DNA of 61,634 nt, filler included, from Pirum gemmata (GCA_002812295.1; 16 parts of 16 records of this genome joined end to end with filler, not necessarily neighbours in it); one strand, 5' to 3'. Counted from the whole stretch's first letter, positions 12,861-26,548 are shown. Numbers and translations are program-made. Notes: generated by a model from the sequence alone, not told the origin.

Positions 12861-13829
12861 ACATTTTAATAAATAAATAATAATAATAAATAAATAAATA
12901 TTAATAATAATTATATATAATAATAACAATTCTTCCCAGGAAAATTTATAAAAAAAGTTCACCCTAAAAAATTACATCTTTATCATTCCAATTTTTTTGG
13001 CACTACTTTCAGATACTTTCACATGTATACCCCCACATGAACCTTTCTTATTACAAATTAGACTTCTACTAAACTACATTAAGACTACATAACAAACAGA
13101 AAGAGAAATTTCATTTTTTTTTTTAAATTAAAAAAAAAGGTCCTGTTTCCCTTTTAGAAAGGAGGGGCAGTAGGATAATAAAAGTTACAGTTGTCGGGTT
13201 TGGCCTGTATTAGAGTGTGTCATTATCAGGAGAGCTTTCCTATGTAGGAGAACTTTTTNNNNNNNNNNNNNNNNNNNNNNNNNNNNNNNNNNNNNNNNNN
13301 NNTTAATTAATTAANNNNNNNNNNNNNNNNNNNNNNNNNNNNNNNNNNNNNNNNNNNNACACTTCAATAACACAATAATAACACACTACTTTGACAGGCA
13401 TCATAGTGGCATCATACGGGCATAATAATAATAAAAATAATAATAATTAGTAAGACTCAATGACCACAACCCGTAGATATTATTTACGGCTTCCCAATTA
13501 AGCAAATTTTAAACCATAATTAGTAAAATAATTTGCTTTTTTTGGAAAAATCTTAATATAGTAGCTTAAATTACTTTAAATACAGTTACATACAATATAA
13601 ATAGTAGGGGTGAGATATCTACTGGAACTTTTTTCGAACAGATGCTTATCGAGCCAACCTTAGTTCCGTGTTCCTTACTAATAATAGCAGTTAAATAGCT
13701 TAAAATAGNGACGTTTAGAAGATAAGCCCAGTTTCAAAAACTGAAATAAACGACTAATAAACGTCACGTCAAAGGGTAGGTAGATAGGTGGTATTTGACC
13801 GGAAATTAACGTCGGGGGATAGGTAGGTA

Positions 13830-13999
13830 GGGGTATTTGAAGCTATATTTGACGCTGCCTTAGGGGTATTTGAAGCTATAGACTATTTAACGCTGCCTTA
13901 GGGGTATTTGAAGCTATATTTGACGCTGCCTTAGGGGTATTTGAAGCTATATTTAACGCTGCCTTAGGGGTATTTGAAGCTATATTTGACGCTACCTTA
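13830..13999 (+). repeat. 33-bp minisatellite, 5 units, amplified from a MITE family C segment
   Basis: Unit GGGGTATTTGAAGCTATATTT(G/A)ACGCT(G/A)CCTTA x5; unit 2 carries a GACTA insertion; no spacers. Confidence 0.9.
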
Positions 14000-14186
14000 G
14001 AAGATAAGCATAGTTCAAAAACTGAAATAAACGTACCAAATTATTATTAGGGAGCGTTCAAATAATACTTGACGTCAAAGGGTAGGTAGATAGGTGGTAT
14101 TTGACCGGAAATTAACGTCGGGGGATAGGTAGGTAGGGGTATTCGAAGCTATATTTGACGCTGCCTTAGAAGATAAGCCATTATTA

Positions 14187-14287
14187 GGGAGCGTTCAAAT
14201 AATACGTCACGTCAAAGGGTAGGTAGATATAGGTGGTATTTGACCGGAAATTAACGTCGGGGGATAGGTAGGTAGGGGTACGCTCCC
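14187..14287 (+). mobile_element. MITE family C (GGGAGCGTTCAAATAATACGTCACG...), PIF/Harbinger-like
   Basis: Ends GGGAGCG...CGCTCCC, preceded by TTA. Related copies near 13762, 14050, 15497-15609, 35860-35948(-), 45330-45480(-) and 60810-60913(-), with a variant end at ~36276 and ~61595. Confidence 0.75.
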
Positions 14288-14785
14288 TACCCTAAACTTA
14301 TCAATAATAATTTTATTATACTGGTAATACCCTTTCCTTCTCTCATTATTTCTCTTTTATCAATTATGATAATTTCATTTTTTTATTTAGTCTATCATAG
14401 CCTATTGCGCTATATTGCGCCATTTCAACCAGCGTTAGTCTAAAAATACCAAAAGCTGGATGAAATAAGTAGGGGTGAGATATCTGCTGGAACTTTTTTC
14501 GAACAGATGCTTATCGAGCCAACCTTAGTTCCGTGTTTCTTACTAATAATAGCAGTTAAATAGCTTAAAGTAGTAAATTTAATTAAAGTAGTTACTAATT
14601 AAAGTAATAATATTGACATTAATAGTAATAAAACCATAAATCGGAAAAGTATGGTTTTTAATAAAATGTAATAAAGACAATAAAATTAGTAGGGGTGAGA
14701 TATCTACTGGAACTTTTTTCGAACAAAACCTGGTACAACAACTTGTTTATATATAGTGCTAGAGATAATATAGATAAAATACAAC

Positions 14786-14850
14786 AGGGTTAGGGTTAGG
14801 GTTAGGGTTAGGGTTAGGGTTAGGGTTAGGGTTAGGGTTAGGGTTAGGGT
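14786..14850 (+). repeat. Interstitial (TTAGGG)n telomere-type array (representative)
   Basis: Pure TTAGGG run with ordinary sequence on both sides. Others at about 1835-1885 (CCCTAA), 2319-2405, 15344-15408, 16101-16162, 36762-36800, 37170-37232, 47720-47812 and 58658-58687. Confidence 0.92.
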
Positions 14851-15803
14851 ACCAAGTAGATTCTACAATACTACTTAGACTATCATAGTAATTGTTTTTG
14901 TTTTTATTACATACTTGTAGTAGTTCTTGTAGTAGATATAATATAACTTACATTATATCATATAATAATATAAATATATGCCCAAAACTCAAACCACTAG
15001 CAACATTATATTAGTAACTCTCTCCAGTCCAAATGACAAATATGTAGAATACCTCAAAGCAAGAACTTCTTAATTATAACAACCTCCACAACTTTTGGAA
15101 TATAGAACAATAAGAATGGGAAAATTATACACGTGATATTTATGATAATAATATAATATTATCAAATATCATCATTGCAATAAAAAGAATAAAAAAGGAC
15201 TGGTTCTTCACCCGTGACCCGTTCTTGCTTGCAGACTAACTAACGTGATCTATAGTCTACTTTCGTTAGTCTTTCGTGCTTCAATGCTATGATAGTCTAT
15301 ATATGGTTTTAAGTTTTAACTGGATAAATAATAAAAGTACCATGTTAGGGTTAGGGTTAGGGTTAGGGTTAGGGTTAGGGTTAGGGTTAGGGTTAGGGTT
15401 AGGGTTAGCAATCAAATTTGGTGAAAATATAGGGTTTTTATATCATACGTTTTTATACTGTTTTTATCTAAAAAATATAATATTAATATATTTTTAGGGA
15501 GCGTTCAAATAATACGTCACGTCAAAGTGTAGGTAGATAGGTGGTAGTTGACCAGACATTAACGTCGGGGGATAGGTAGGTAGGGGTATTTGAAGCTGTA
15601 CTTGCTCCCTTGTTTTTTAAAAAAATTTATTGGGATTTTTTTACATTATGTAGGGATATTTAGCTGGATATTTCTAAATATGTAACATATTTTTAAATTA
15701 AGTAATCAAATATTTAAAATTAGTAATTTTAACCACATTTGGTGTTTAAAACTTTAAAAATTCGTAAAATTAGTAAAAAACAACTAAAAAACATATAATT
15801 TTA

Positions 15804-16035
15804 TAGTAGGGGTGAGATGACGTCATTGTATTATTACCGAACGGCTGCCGGAACTTTTCCGATTTTATGGTTTTCAATTACTAATAATAATTATTGTTAC
15901 TTTAATTGGTATCTACTATAATTAGATTTACTATTTTAAGCTATTTAACTGCTATTATTAGTAGACCACGGAACTAAGGTTGGCTCGATAAGCATCTGTT
16001 CGAAAAAAGTTCCAGTAGATATCTCACCCCTACTA
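15804..16035. mobile_element. MITE family F (TIR TAGTAGGGGTGAGAT)
   Basis: TAGTAGGGGTGAGAT at 15804 and ATCTCACCCCTACTA ending at 16035. Partial inverted copies start near 13602, 14468 and 14687; a related end lies near 24417. Confidence 0.8.
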
Positions 16036-16260
16036 ATTTTATTGTCTTTATTACATTTTATTTAACCATAGAACAGTTCATTGTACAATGAATGAACAGT
16101 GTTAGGGTTAGGGTTAGGGTTAGGGTTAGGGTTAGGGTTAGGGTTAGGGTTAGGGTTAGGGTCTCTAAGGATTAGAGTTTTAAAGAAGAATATTTTAATG
16201 TTAACGTTCCTGAGAAAAAGAAGTAGGGAGCAGAGTTACTTGTTTAATTAACAAGTGCTT

Positions 16261-16580
16261 ATGATTATAATTATGATCATGATTATGATTATGATTACGA
16301 TTATGATTACGATTATGATTATGATTATGATTATGATTATGATTATGATTATGATTATGATTATGATTATGATTATGATTATGATTATGATNNNNNNNNN
16401 NNNNNNNNNNNNNNNNNNNNNNNNNNNNNNNNNNNNNNNNNNNNNNNNNNNNNNNNNNNNNNNNNNNNNNNNNNTGATGATGATGATGATGATGATGATT
16501 TAGGATTAGGATTAGGATTAGGATTAGGATTAGGATTAGGATTAGGATTAGGATTAGGATTAGGATTAGGATTATGATTA
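16261..16580. repeat. (TTATGA)n and (TTAGGA)n hexamer arrays
   Basis: Directly visible on either side of an N gap. Confidence 0.85.
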
Positions 16581-16778
16581 TGATCGATGGTGATGATGAT
16601 GATTGATGATGATGATGCTGCTGCTGCTGCTGCTGATGATGATGATGATGATTTAGGATTAGTATTAGGATTATGACAATTATAAGGATTCTGATAAGGA
16701 TTATGATGATGATGATGATTGATGATTGATGATGATGATTACATAGATGATGATGATGATGATGAATGGTGATGATGA

Positions 16779-16814
<36 letters not shown>

Positions 16815-19424
16815 GTTATAATTATTATNNNNNNNNNNNNNNNNNNNNNNNNNNNNNNNNNNNNNNNNNNNNTTAATTAATTAANNNNNNNNNNNNNNNN
16901 NNNNNNNNNNNNNNNNNNNNNNNNNNNNTAATAATAATAATAGTAATAATAATATATGGAAGTACCTTTTGTGAGCTTCCCCCTGATTCTTAACTCTGAG
17001 CAGTAGTTGAGGGCTACATCGTAAGATAAATAAGTGCTGTTACAATTGACTTTTCCTGAAGTGGAAAAAATTTGATAACTAACGATAAATAAAAGGAAAA
17101 AGAAAGGGAAAGGGAAAGCCTGGCCCACATTTTTATTCATTTTTATAGGTATATATATATATATAAATAGTAGAAATTCCGAATAACCCGGACAATATGG
17201 TAACAGTAATAATAAAAGTATAATAAATTGTAATGATGAGTAATGAAATAGTATAAAAATAATTATAATATATACGAGTGACACTATAGTAGTAGTATTA
17301 GCCTAGTCCAGATTCTAGTTTAGAAAATACTGTGTAGTCTACTTATTTGTTTTTTTTTCTTTCAAGAACCTATAGCTACCAGTAGTTCAAGAAATCTTTG
17401 ATATTTTTTTTCAAAATTATTATTTGTTTACAACACTTACAACAAGGACTTCAATATATATAATATATATATATATACTAGTATATATAATTATGTCGAT
17501 ATTAATTTTATTTTTCCTGAGGCCTTTGATAAAACTCAACTATCGATAAAATAAGACCAGTAAATAAGCTACTAGCTAGCTAGCTAGCTAGTACTAAGTA
17601 GCTAGTGTAAATAAGATAATGATAAGCAAAAAATTATGATGCGAAAAAGTTGCTTTTTTTTTTTGAGTCGAGTAGACTTCGAGTAGGCTAATTAGCAGCT
17701 AGCTAGCTAGGCTATGTCTACCACTATGGCCTACCAAGTGAACCAAGTGAGAGGGTATTTGTATACAATAATGTATCATAATATTATAGAGGTATAATAC
17801 AATATAAATATTATATAGGTATAGTAGGTATTAATATATCGTACATGTAAAAAATCTGTTCATAATCCAGTTGATTCTAAAGATTGTTCGATTTATCCGC
17901 TGATAATATGTGGGTACAGATATATTCTGTACTTCATGCCATAAAACTTAATTAAAAGCTTGAAATTAAATGTTTGTGGAAACAAATTGGTGATTATCGT
18001 GATGAATAATAAATTTTCAAACTAGGTGTTTATTATTATTATTATTATTATTATTGTACCATAAATAAATAAATATCCTTCAGGCGCCGCCAGCGATTTT
18101 TTTTAGTTTTTAATTAACACTAATAATTCCCATAACCAAGGTTAAGGGTTAGGGTTTTAGTACTAGTAAAATACATACCACAGTAACGAGTTGAGTTACT
18201 ATAGTAAGTTAAAGTGGCACCTATCCCCATTATTAAAGTATAATAATTTTAATCAAAACCAAGATACCAAACGGCAAGTGACGAATTATCACACGTGTTT
18301 TTTCCTTACTTAGTGCACAACTGCGCTGTCCTCTTTCCCTTATATCCCCACAAGCCCTATTAACGCGTACTTCATCCCTGCTACACCAGCTGCAGGAATT
18401 ACTGGAGGTATAAAACTTTATCATATATTCACCATGGATCCAAGCCGGTTCCATATAACACCTTTTCAGATAAATATTCAGTCCAGACTGAATATGGCCC
18501 TATTTTCATATAATATATTCATATACTCTAATAATTATCAAGTAATTTCACTGTCTTATTAAAAGCTTTTACCCTCTACGTTTTTTGTTTTGTTTGTTTT
18601 TTGTTTTGTTTTGTTTTGTTTTGTTTTAGACCCAGGTGTGTTTAACAATCGACAAAAAAAAAGAAGCTAATAAAAAATTAGAAGTTGAAACTTGAAACAA
18701 GCAAACTTTGTTATTGAATTATAAATATTCATATTATATAGCATACCGTAGTAGAAGACTATGAAGGGCATTCAAGGATTCTAGATTCTAAATATAATCT
18801 AATAAAAGTCTAATAAATATTCTAATAATTTTTTACTCCCAAATTTTTTTTATCTAAATATGGTAATTTTTTTACTGGCTCGATATAGTCTTTTTCCATT
18901 TTTGAACATGAATCAAAATAAATGATACGTCATCATAAAAAAGCACCTTCTGTTTTTTTTCACCTATCATATGAATCTATCTAACACATCTAGCTAGCTA
19001 GTAGCTAGCTAGAGTTACAACAGTCCTAACACCCTTTCGAGCTTAGTATGACGCCATCACCTTACGTTGAGCTCGAACTCACCTCGAACACGCGACAAGT
19101 TTATTTTTTTATCTGATATCATATCATGTCGTAATGTTAGTAATAGGTTGGGGTTGGGGCTTTTTGTTCACATATTTTCGGGCCCGCCCGAAAACAACCT
19201 TGGACGAGTCTTGGACGTCAGAATGGACCCGAACTGGCAAGCACAGCAAGTAGCCCACACGTGGGCACGACCACATAGAGGTATACGTATGATAGCTAGC
19301 TAGTAGTAGCTAGCAGAGCGCTAGCTAGCTAGCTATGATCATTATTATTATCAGTATTTATCATTATTATTTTCATTATCATTGTTTCATTAAAACATTC
19401 CCTTTTGTAATACAATAAACAAAG

Positions 19425-20448
19425 ATGACAGTAGATAAAATAAAAAATGAAGGTAATGTTTACTTTAAAAAGAAGGAATACAATAAGGCAGTAGAATGTT
19501 ACACTGAAGCAATTGATCTTGATGTTGCTGCTCTTTGTAACAATACTACTGGGGTGGATGTTCCAGTTAAAACAAGATTAAGTACTTTGTATAGAAACAA
19601 GGCTATGGCCTTATTTAAAATGAATGATTTTAAAAACAGTTTGGCTACTGTGAATTCTAGTTTAGAAAATGAACCTGATAATTTAAAATCTTTGAATTGG
19701 AAAAGTAAAATTTTGTATAAACTGCGAAAATACAATGAATGTGAACAAGTAATCAAGCTAATGTTTTCATTGTTAAATCAAAGTAAGGATAACAATAATG
19801 CTATTTTAAACAAAAGTAATAATAATAATAATAATGTCAGTACTAAAGATAAAATAGAGCTTGAGCACCTTTTAAATTGTGTTAAGCACTGTAAAATGGG
19901 ATTCAATGTTGAAAAAGTATTGTCCAATACTGAAATTGATTTTGTTAATTGTTACGCTCATCTGCAACATCAGTCAGATAAAGTAGAAATACTTAAGTCA
20001 GCCCGGGGTAATAAAGAAGAAGGAAAAATTGGGTTTAAAGTGATAGCTAAAGAAGACGTACCGGCTGGTGAGTTAATTTACGCAGGTCACCCTATTGTTA
20101 GTATTTCAGGCGAGAAAACGAAATTAGATGATTTAGGTGCTGAAATGCAAAACATTGCTAAAGGTGATAAAGAGTTTGCTAAAAAACTTGCTAATCATTG
20201 CAACAATAACAACAGCAACAACATGAGTGAGCATTGTGACATTGGAATTAAGGAATATTTATCGCTGTGTGAAAAAAAATCTTTTTTTTTTCCACTTAAT
20301 TTATCATCGACAAGTATTTCTGATTTTATTTGTTATGAAGATGATATTAATGATGATCATCACCTGCACGACCTACGCGCTTTTTATGATTTTCCTAGTT
20401 ACATGCGCTATTCTTGCTGTAGTAATACAAGCAGAATTATCGTAAAAG
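19425..20448 (+). CDS. TPR + SET-like domain protein (SMYD-like architecture), exon 1; 3'-partial
   Basis: TPR repeats IKNEGNVYFKKKEYNKAVECYTEAIDL and LYRNKAMALFKM...EPDNLKSLNWKSK. SET N-motif GFKVIAKEDVPAGELI and FYDFPSYMRYSCCSN at the NHSCxPN position. Probable GT donor at 20449. Confidence 0.8.
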
Positions 20449-21364
20449 GTATTATTATTATTATTATTNNNNNNNNNNNNNNNNNNNNNNNNNNNNNNNN
20501 NNNNNNNNNNNNTTAATTAATTAANNNNNNNNNNNNNNNNNNNNNNNNNNNNNNNNNNNNNNNNNNNNATATTTATTTGGAGGGTTATGATATTTAAATT
20601 GACATTTTTAAATCAATAAATAGATAATAAAATATACCAAATTAAATTAAATGGATTTATATTGTATTGATTTGGAACTATTTATTGTACATTATAGTCA
20701 ATATATATATTATTTATATGTACCGGTAGGCAATGTATACATTGTATAGCGGGGTGTCCCCCCGGCAGCTGGATCTAGCTAGCTTCAGACCCCGGTCTAT
20801 ATAATGTATTATATATCTGATATATATTAGTATTAGTATTAGTATTAATATTAGTATTAATATTAATATATCATTATTAGTATTAGCATTAGTATGAGTA
20901 TTAGTATTAATATTAGTAGTATTAACATTGGTGTTAGTAATTAATATTATAATTAGTATTACTATTACTATTACTGTTACTATTACTATTAATATTACTA
21001 TTTATATTAATATTATAATTTACTACTGCTATTTCTATTTCTATTACTATTACTATTATATTAGCATTAGTGTTATCATTATTACTACAACAAAATCAAA
21101 CCAAGAGTTTCATATCGCTTCTTCAGTCGTTTCCATACCGGTCGTACTCAGGTCGTAGGGTCGATACTTGCAGAAATTGACATTTTTTGAAAAACAACAT
21201 CCCTCCCTAGAAAAGATAGGAGGTTTGCCTTTTCCTTTTTTGTTGCAACTTCTTCGAGTACCGGACCAACGGTAGCTCTAGCTAGCTAGTAGCTAATAGT
21301 AGTACTGTAGCTATCGATTCGATATTGATATCATAGCTACTAGAGCTAGTAATACACCATAGTC

Positions 21365-21395
<31 letters not shown>

Positions 21396-21498
21396 TATTA
21401 TTATTACTATCATATTATTATTGTTTAGGTCTATCCGAATCATTATATTAATAATTATAATTGTTTTTATTTTTGTTATCCTGATCATAATCATTATC

Positions 21499-21530
<32 letters not shown>

Positions 21531-21619
21531 AACCATTAGTATTAGTATCAATATCAGTATCAACATAAACATCAACATCAGTATCAGTATCAGTATCACC
21601 ATTATTATTCTCATTATTA

Positions 21620-21657
<38 letters not shown>

Positions 21658-22496
21658 AACAACAACAACAACAACAGCAACAACAACAACAANNNNNNNN
21701 NNNNNNNNNNNNNNNNNNNNNNNNNNNNNNNNNNNNNNNNNNNNNNNNNNNNNNNNNNNNNNNNNNNNNNNTTTCCTCACCCCACTCCCACCCCCTTTTA
21801 TTTTGAAAGTCCATTAATTGATATTTATATTTTGTATTATTTTTGAATTGTATCATGTATAAATGAAATAAAGTTTTGGGTTTGGTGGTAATTTGGTAGA
21901 AGAAATAAATAAATTGTATATCCAATTAGTTCAAATTTTTATACATCAAGAATTTTCAAATTTATTAATTTTAATCAATTGAATATTTTTTCGGCTTTTT
22001 ACTTAAGCTAGTAATTCTTTTTCTCTCTTTTTTTTAAAAATAATGTATATAATTTGTCATGTAACTAATTAATAAAATTTGCGTTTTTATTTTCTCATCA
22101 TGTGCAAAAAAAAAAAAACTTTTTTTGAATGAATCTTTATGTCCATATTTATTTTTTTGAAAAATCATCTTTATCTCTTACTTAACAAGTGTTCGGATTT
22201 ATGTTGGTGTTTCCCATTGTCATTTATTTCATCTTTTATACACAATGCTGTGGATTTTTATTAGTAATTGTAAAAAAAAAAAATACAATTTTTTTTTTCA
22301 CGTTTTACGTATAAATTTATAAAATCAAGTTTGATTATTAACATCCCATTGTTTTTTGCCACAGAAATTACTGGGACATCTTTATTGATAGCTCGAATTA
22401 AGTAAATAATTTTTGAAATGGTAATTGTAACGCCTTTCCGAAATACAGAAGACATTAGAAAATAAGTATAATTTATATATATTATAAAGAGTAAAT

Positions 22497-23858
22497 ATGT
22501 GTAAAAACTCTCCATTGTCTGTTGACCTTAAAGTTCGCATTGGCAAAGCGCTTGGTATCGCCTATGACAGCGGTCTAGCACTAGAGCTAATCGGGCAACT
22601 GGAAAGTGGCTCTAAATCTGAAAAAGATTTTTTATCTAAAGCCAGTCAAGTTCTTGTCTATGCTTCTGGTAAAAGTAATTTTATCGAGGATGCCAAAGCT
22701 CTATATCAAGATGCCATCAATTCTGCGCAAGTAGATAGCCATATGGTGATTATTATTTAGATGTGTCATGTAAATTTATTATTTTCTAACTTTTTTTCTC
22801 ATAATCAATCATTATCATTGCCGTTGTGTATATAGTGACATGGTGAATATTATTTAAATGTGTGTGTATTTATCAAACTCTTTTTTCTCTTGATCATTCA
22901 TTACCATTGCCGTTGTATATTATCATTGTCATTTAGTATAATTTTAATTTTATGGGGGTAATTGAAAATGAAACAGTGATTAATATTTTTAACTCTTTAT
23001 CAGGTTGATGACTTCCTTGAAACTGATTTTCAGTTAAAAAGAAGAGCAAGTGAAAGTGGCAGTAGTAGTGAAGAAGATGATGAAGGTGTTTACTTTAATA
23101 ATAAACGTTTCCGCCGTACTACTCCACTTAAAATGAACCGCAGAAAAAGTGTGAGTTTTAACGATAGAAATCTTGAAAAAATATGCGAAATACCATCAAA
23201 AGAAATAACTTGGCCGTATGGTTCTTTATACGGTGATGCTACTCCTCGCGTATTCACTGAATTTTCAAACCTTTACCAATACGATACATATAAAAAAAAT
23301 GAATATAAAAACGAAGATACATTTGATCCAACAACTTTTGATAAAGAAAAATCATTAGGAAAAGGTTTATTACTTGATTGCGGGCGAATTGCGAAAGTAG
23401 TGTCTGCTACGTCTACACACATGTGTGCCAAAATGTTTGTTAGTTTTAGCAATATAAATGAGAAACTTTGCAAAACTCAACAACAATACAACCTTCGTCC
23501 AAATGATTACATTGAAACCGATACCTACGAAACCATAGATCTGAATAATGTAGTAGCTCAGGTTAATATAACTTGTGTTGATAGTAAAGATAATGATAAT
23601 AATAACGACGATAAAAATATAAAACAATTTCATTACGCTTGGTATTTCAATTCGATACGGGAAAGACTTGTTCCTTATCCTTTAGTAGGTCGTTCTGTGC
23701 GTGTATATTGGCCAGAAGATAAGCAGCATTACCTTGCCAAAATAGCAAGTATAAGTAAAGATGATGGAAAGTTTTGTTTAGAATATGATATCGACAACAG
23801 CCTTGAATATTTGAACATTGTTCAGTTGAAGGAAGAGGATTCTCTACAATTTATTTGA
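22497..23858 (+). CDS. Two-exon putative chromatin reader: RVxF-like motif, BAH-like domain, C-terminal Tudor-like domain
   Basis: Exon 1 runs from 22497 to a phase-0 GT at 22731 or 22746. Acceptor CAG at 23001-23003; exon 2 (23004-23858) is in frame with ORF 23133. LVGRSVRVYWPEDKQHYLAKIASISKDDGKFCLEYD is Tudor-like; DYIETDTYETIDLNNVVAQVNIT...FHYAWYFN resembles BAH. Confidence 0.7.
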
Positions 23859-26548
23859 AGGGAAAATATAAAACAAAAAAAAAACAAAAAAAAATACGCA
23901 ACAAAAAACAAATAACAAAAGCAACGAAACGTAAACGAAAATTATTAGAAATTAGAAATTCGTAAATAGCACAATAGCTTTTTTTTTCTTTTTAGATAAA
24001 TTAGTATCTTGAGAAATGACAATGTAATCAAAAACCAAAAAATTGATAATTTGATGATAACACAAAAATGATACCATCCGTGATGGACATAATTAGAACA
24101 CACTTGTAAAGAGTGATACTACAAGTAAATAGAAAATAAATTCAACATAATACATAAAAACCAAAACAGAAACGAACAAAAAAACCTGTAATCATGATTA
24201 ATAAAAATTAAAAAAGTAAATTTTAAAACTACGTATATACAGTGACATTGTAAATTTGTAAAACTTCGTGAGTAAAATTAGCTGTAAAATTGCATTATTA
24301 ATAATAGAAGTATGTATGTATTCATTATTAAAAATTAAAAAACCACAACAACAAAGAAAAATCTATAAAAATTATAATAAAAGTCATTTCTCCTTTTAAA
24401 ATATTTGTGTATATTATTAGGAGGGATGAGATGACGTCATCTTACCAATTGGATGCTCGGACCGGCGAACTTCCAGAATTTGCCTAAAGTTACTATAAAT
24501 AGTATAATAAACTCTTTTTAAAGTAACTNNNNNNNNNNNNNNNNNNNNNNNNNNNNNNNNNNNNNNNNNNNNNNNNNNNNNNNNNNNNNNNNNNNNNNNN
24601 NNNNNNNNNNNNNNNNNNNNNNNNNNNNNNNNNNNNNNNNNNNNNNNNNNNNNNNNNNNNNNNNNNNNNNNNNNNNNNNNNNNNNNNNNNNNNTTTTTTT
24701 TTTTTTTTATTTTTTTATTTTTTTTTTTTTTCAACTACCAAGCCGGATAAAAATGACGACATCCACCATATGAGATCAAAAATCCAAAAAATCTCAAAAT
24801 GATCTAATTTTGATGAAAGTGCTACCAAACCTTGAGAAATTGTGTAACTAAGAAAACTCTATTTTGAACCAATTGCTGGTTTTTAAACATAATTTGGCTA
24901 GTTTTTAGAAAATAAGTCTAAAAAAAAATAATTTCTACAGTTTTATCCGGCTTGGCTAAAATTAAACTTTTTTAAACAACATTATTAAAAAATTGAAATT
25001 TATTAAGTTAATAGTATTTATTTATTTACTTATTTATGTATATGTGTTTTTACGTAATATTATTACAATAATTATTTATGAATATCTTTTTGTATGGTAC
25101 ATAATTATATACTTTACTATTTTTTTTGATTTTGTATTTCATAATTGAGCTAATCAATTGCAAGTTTTGTTTTTTTTTAACTTGGAACCTCCTTATTCTA
25201 AAGAAGAGGTCCAGAGTCTAGAGTTCAGGCTCTACTGGTAGAAAGTTTGGTAGAAGCAAGTTCTTTTTATCAACATCAACATCATTATCATCATCATCAT
25301 CATCATCANNNNNNNNNNNNNNNNNNNNNNNNNNNNNNNNNNNNNNNNNNNNTTAATTAATTAANNNNNNNNNNNNNNNNNNNNNNNNNNNNNNNNNNNN
25401 NNNNNNNNTAACATAACAAAACAAAATAAAATAAAATAAAACTTGAAAACCTAACTCAATCTACAAGCTGCTAGCTAGCTAGTCTACTACTAGCTACTAC
25501 TATGATAGCTAGCTAGCTAGCTAGTAGTAGTAGCACCATGTGTCATGTGTTGGTTGCATGCGTATGCGTAAAATTCCGCAAATTATTTATAAATAACAAG
25601 GTTTGTGTTGAGCTCGTAACCCTAACCCTCACCCTAACCCTATCGAGCCTTACCGAGCCTTACCGAGCCTTACCGAGCCTTACCTTATAGACTACTCTTA
25701 TCGAAAAAAATATCGAAAAAAAAAAATCAAACTGATAAGAATTTTTCGCATTTTCCTGCGTGTTACCAACTTTATACACACAGTAGTTCTAGTAGTCTAT
25801 AGACACAAGTCACCTAAAAAAACAATCTGTGGGGGTTTATATAAAAATGGCGACAACCGCCATCTGACCGCCATATGAGCTCAAAAAATCCAAAAAATCT
25901 CAAAATGCTCCAATTTTAAAATAAAAGTACTACCAAAACGTTGAGAAATTATCTAACTAATAAAACTCTATTATGAACCAATGGTCAGTTTTAAAAAATA
26001 ACTTGCGGCTAGTTAGCAACTTTGCATTTAAAAAAAAGATTTTAGAAAAGAAGTCTAAAAAAAAAAATTATAATATTAATAATAGTCTGTTTATCCGTTC
26101 CGAGAAAAAAAAAAAAAAAAAAAGTGAAAAGATATTAGACTATGTTATAATGTTTGACTCGATGTTTGACTACTAAAAAATATAAAAAATATAAACAAAA
26201 TTTTAAAGATAATATTTTATTGGTTATAATATAATAAAACTTTTTAATTAAATAATATTATTGGATAATAATAATATTATTATGATAATACTAGCTAGAC
26301 CCTATCATAACCAGATTTTAATAGTCAACACGAAGATAGTCAACTATTTTTTTTAAATTAATTATTTATTTTGTCACTCCAAATATTTATTGGGTTGGTT
26401 ATGATATTTAAATTGACTTTTTTAAGTGAATAAATAGACAATAAAATATACCAAATTAAATGAAATGGATTTATATTGTATTAATTTGGTACTCTTTTTT
26501 GTATACCGGTATTTTATGATGACAAAACAACTGAAAATCACGATAAAA

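Noticed and set aside
13830..13999. CRISPR-like 33-bp repeats
   Set aside because: Head-to-tail units with no spacers and no cas genes; the unit derives from a MITE.
18233..18454. 73-aa ORF as a gene
   Set aside because: No recognisable motif or splice context; possibly decayed coding DNA but unsupported.
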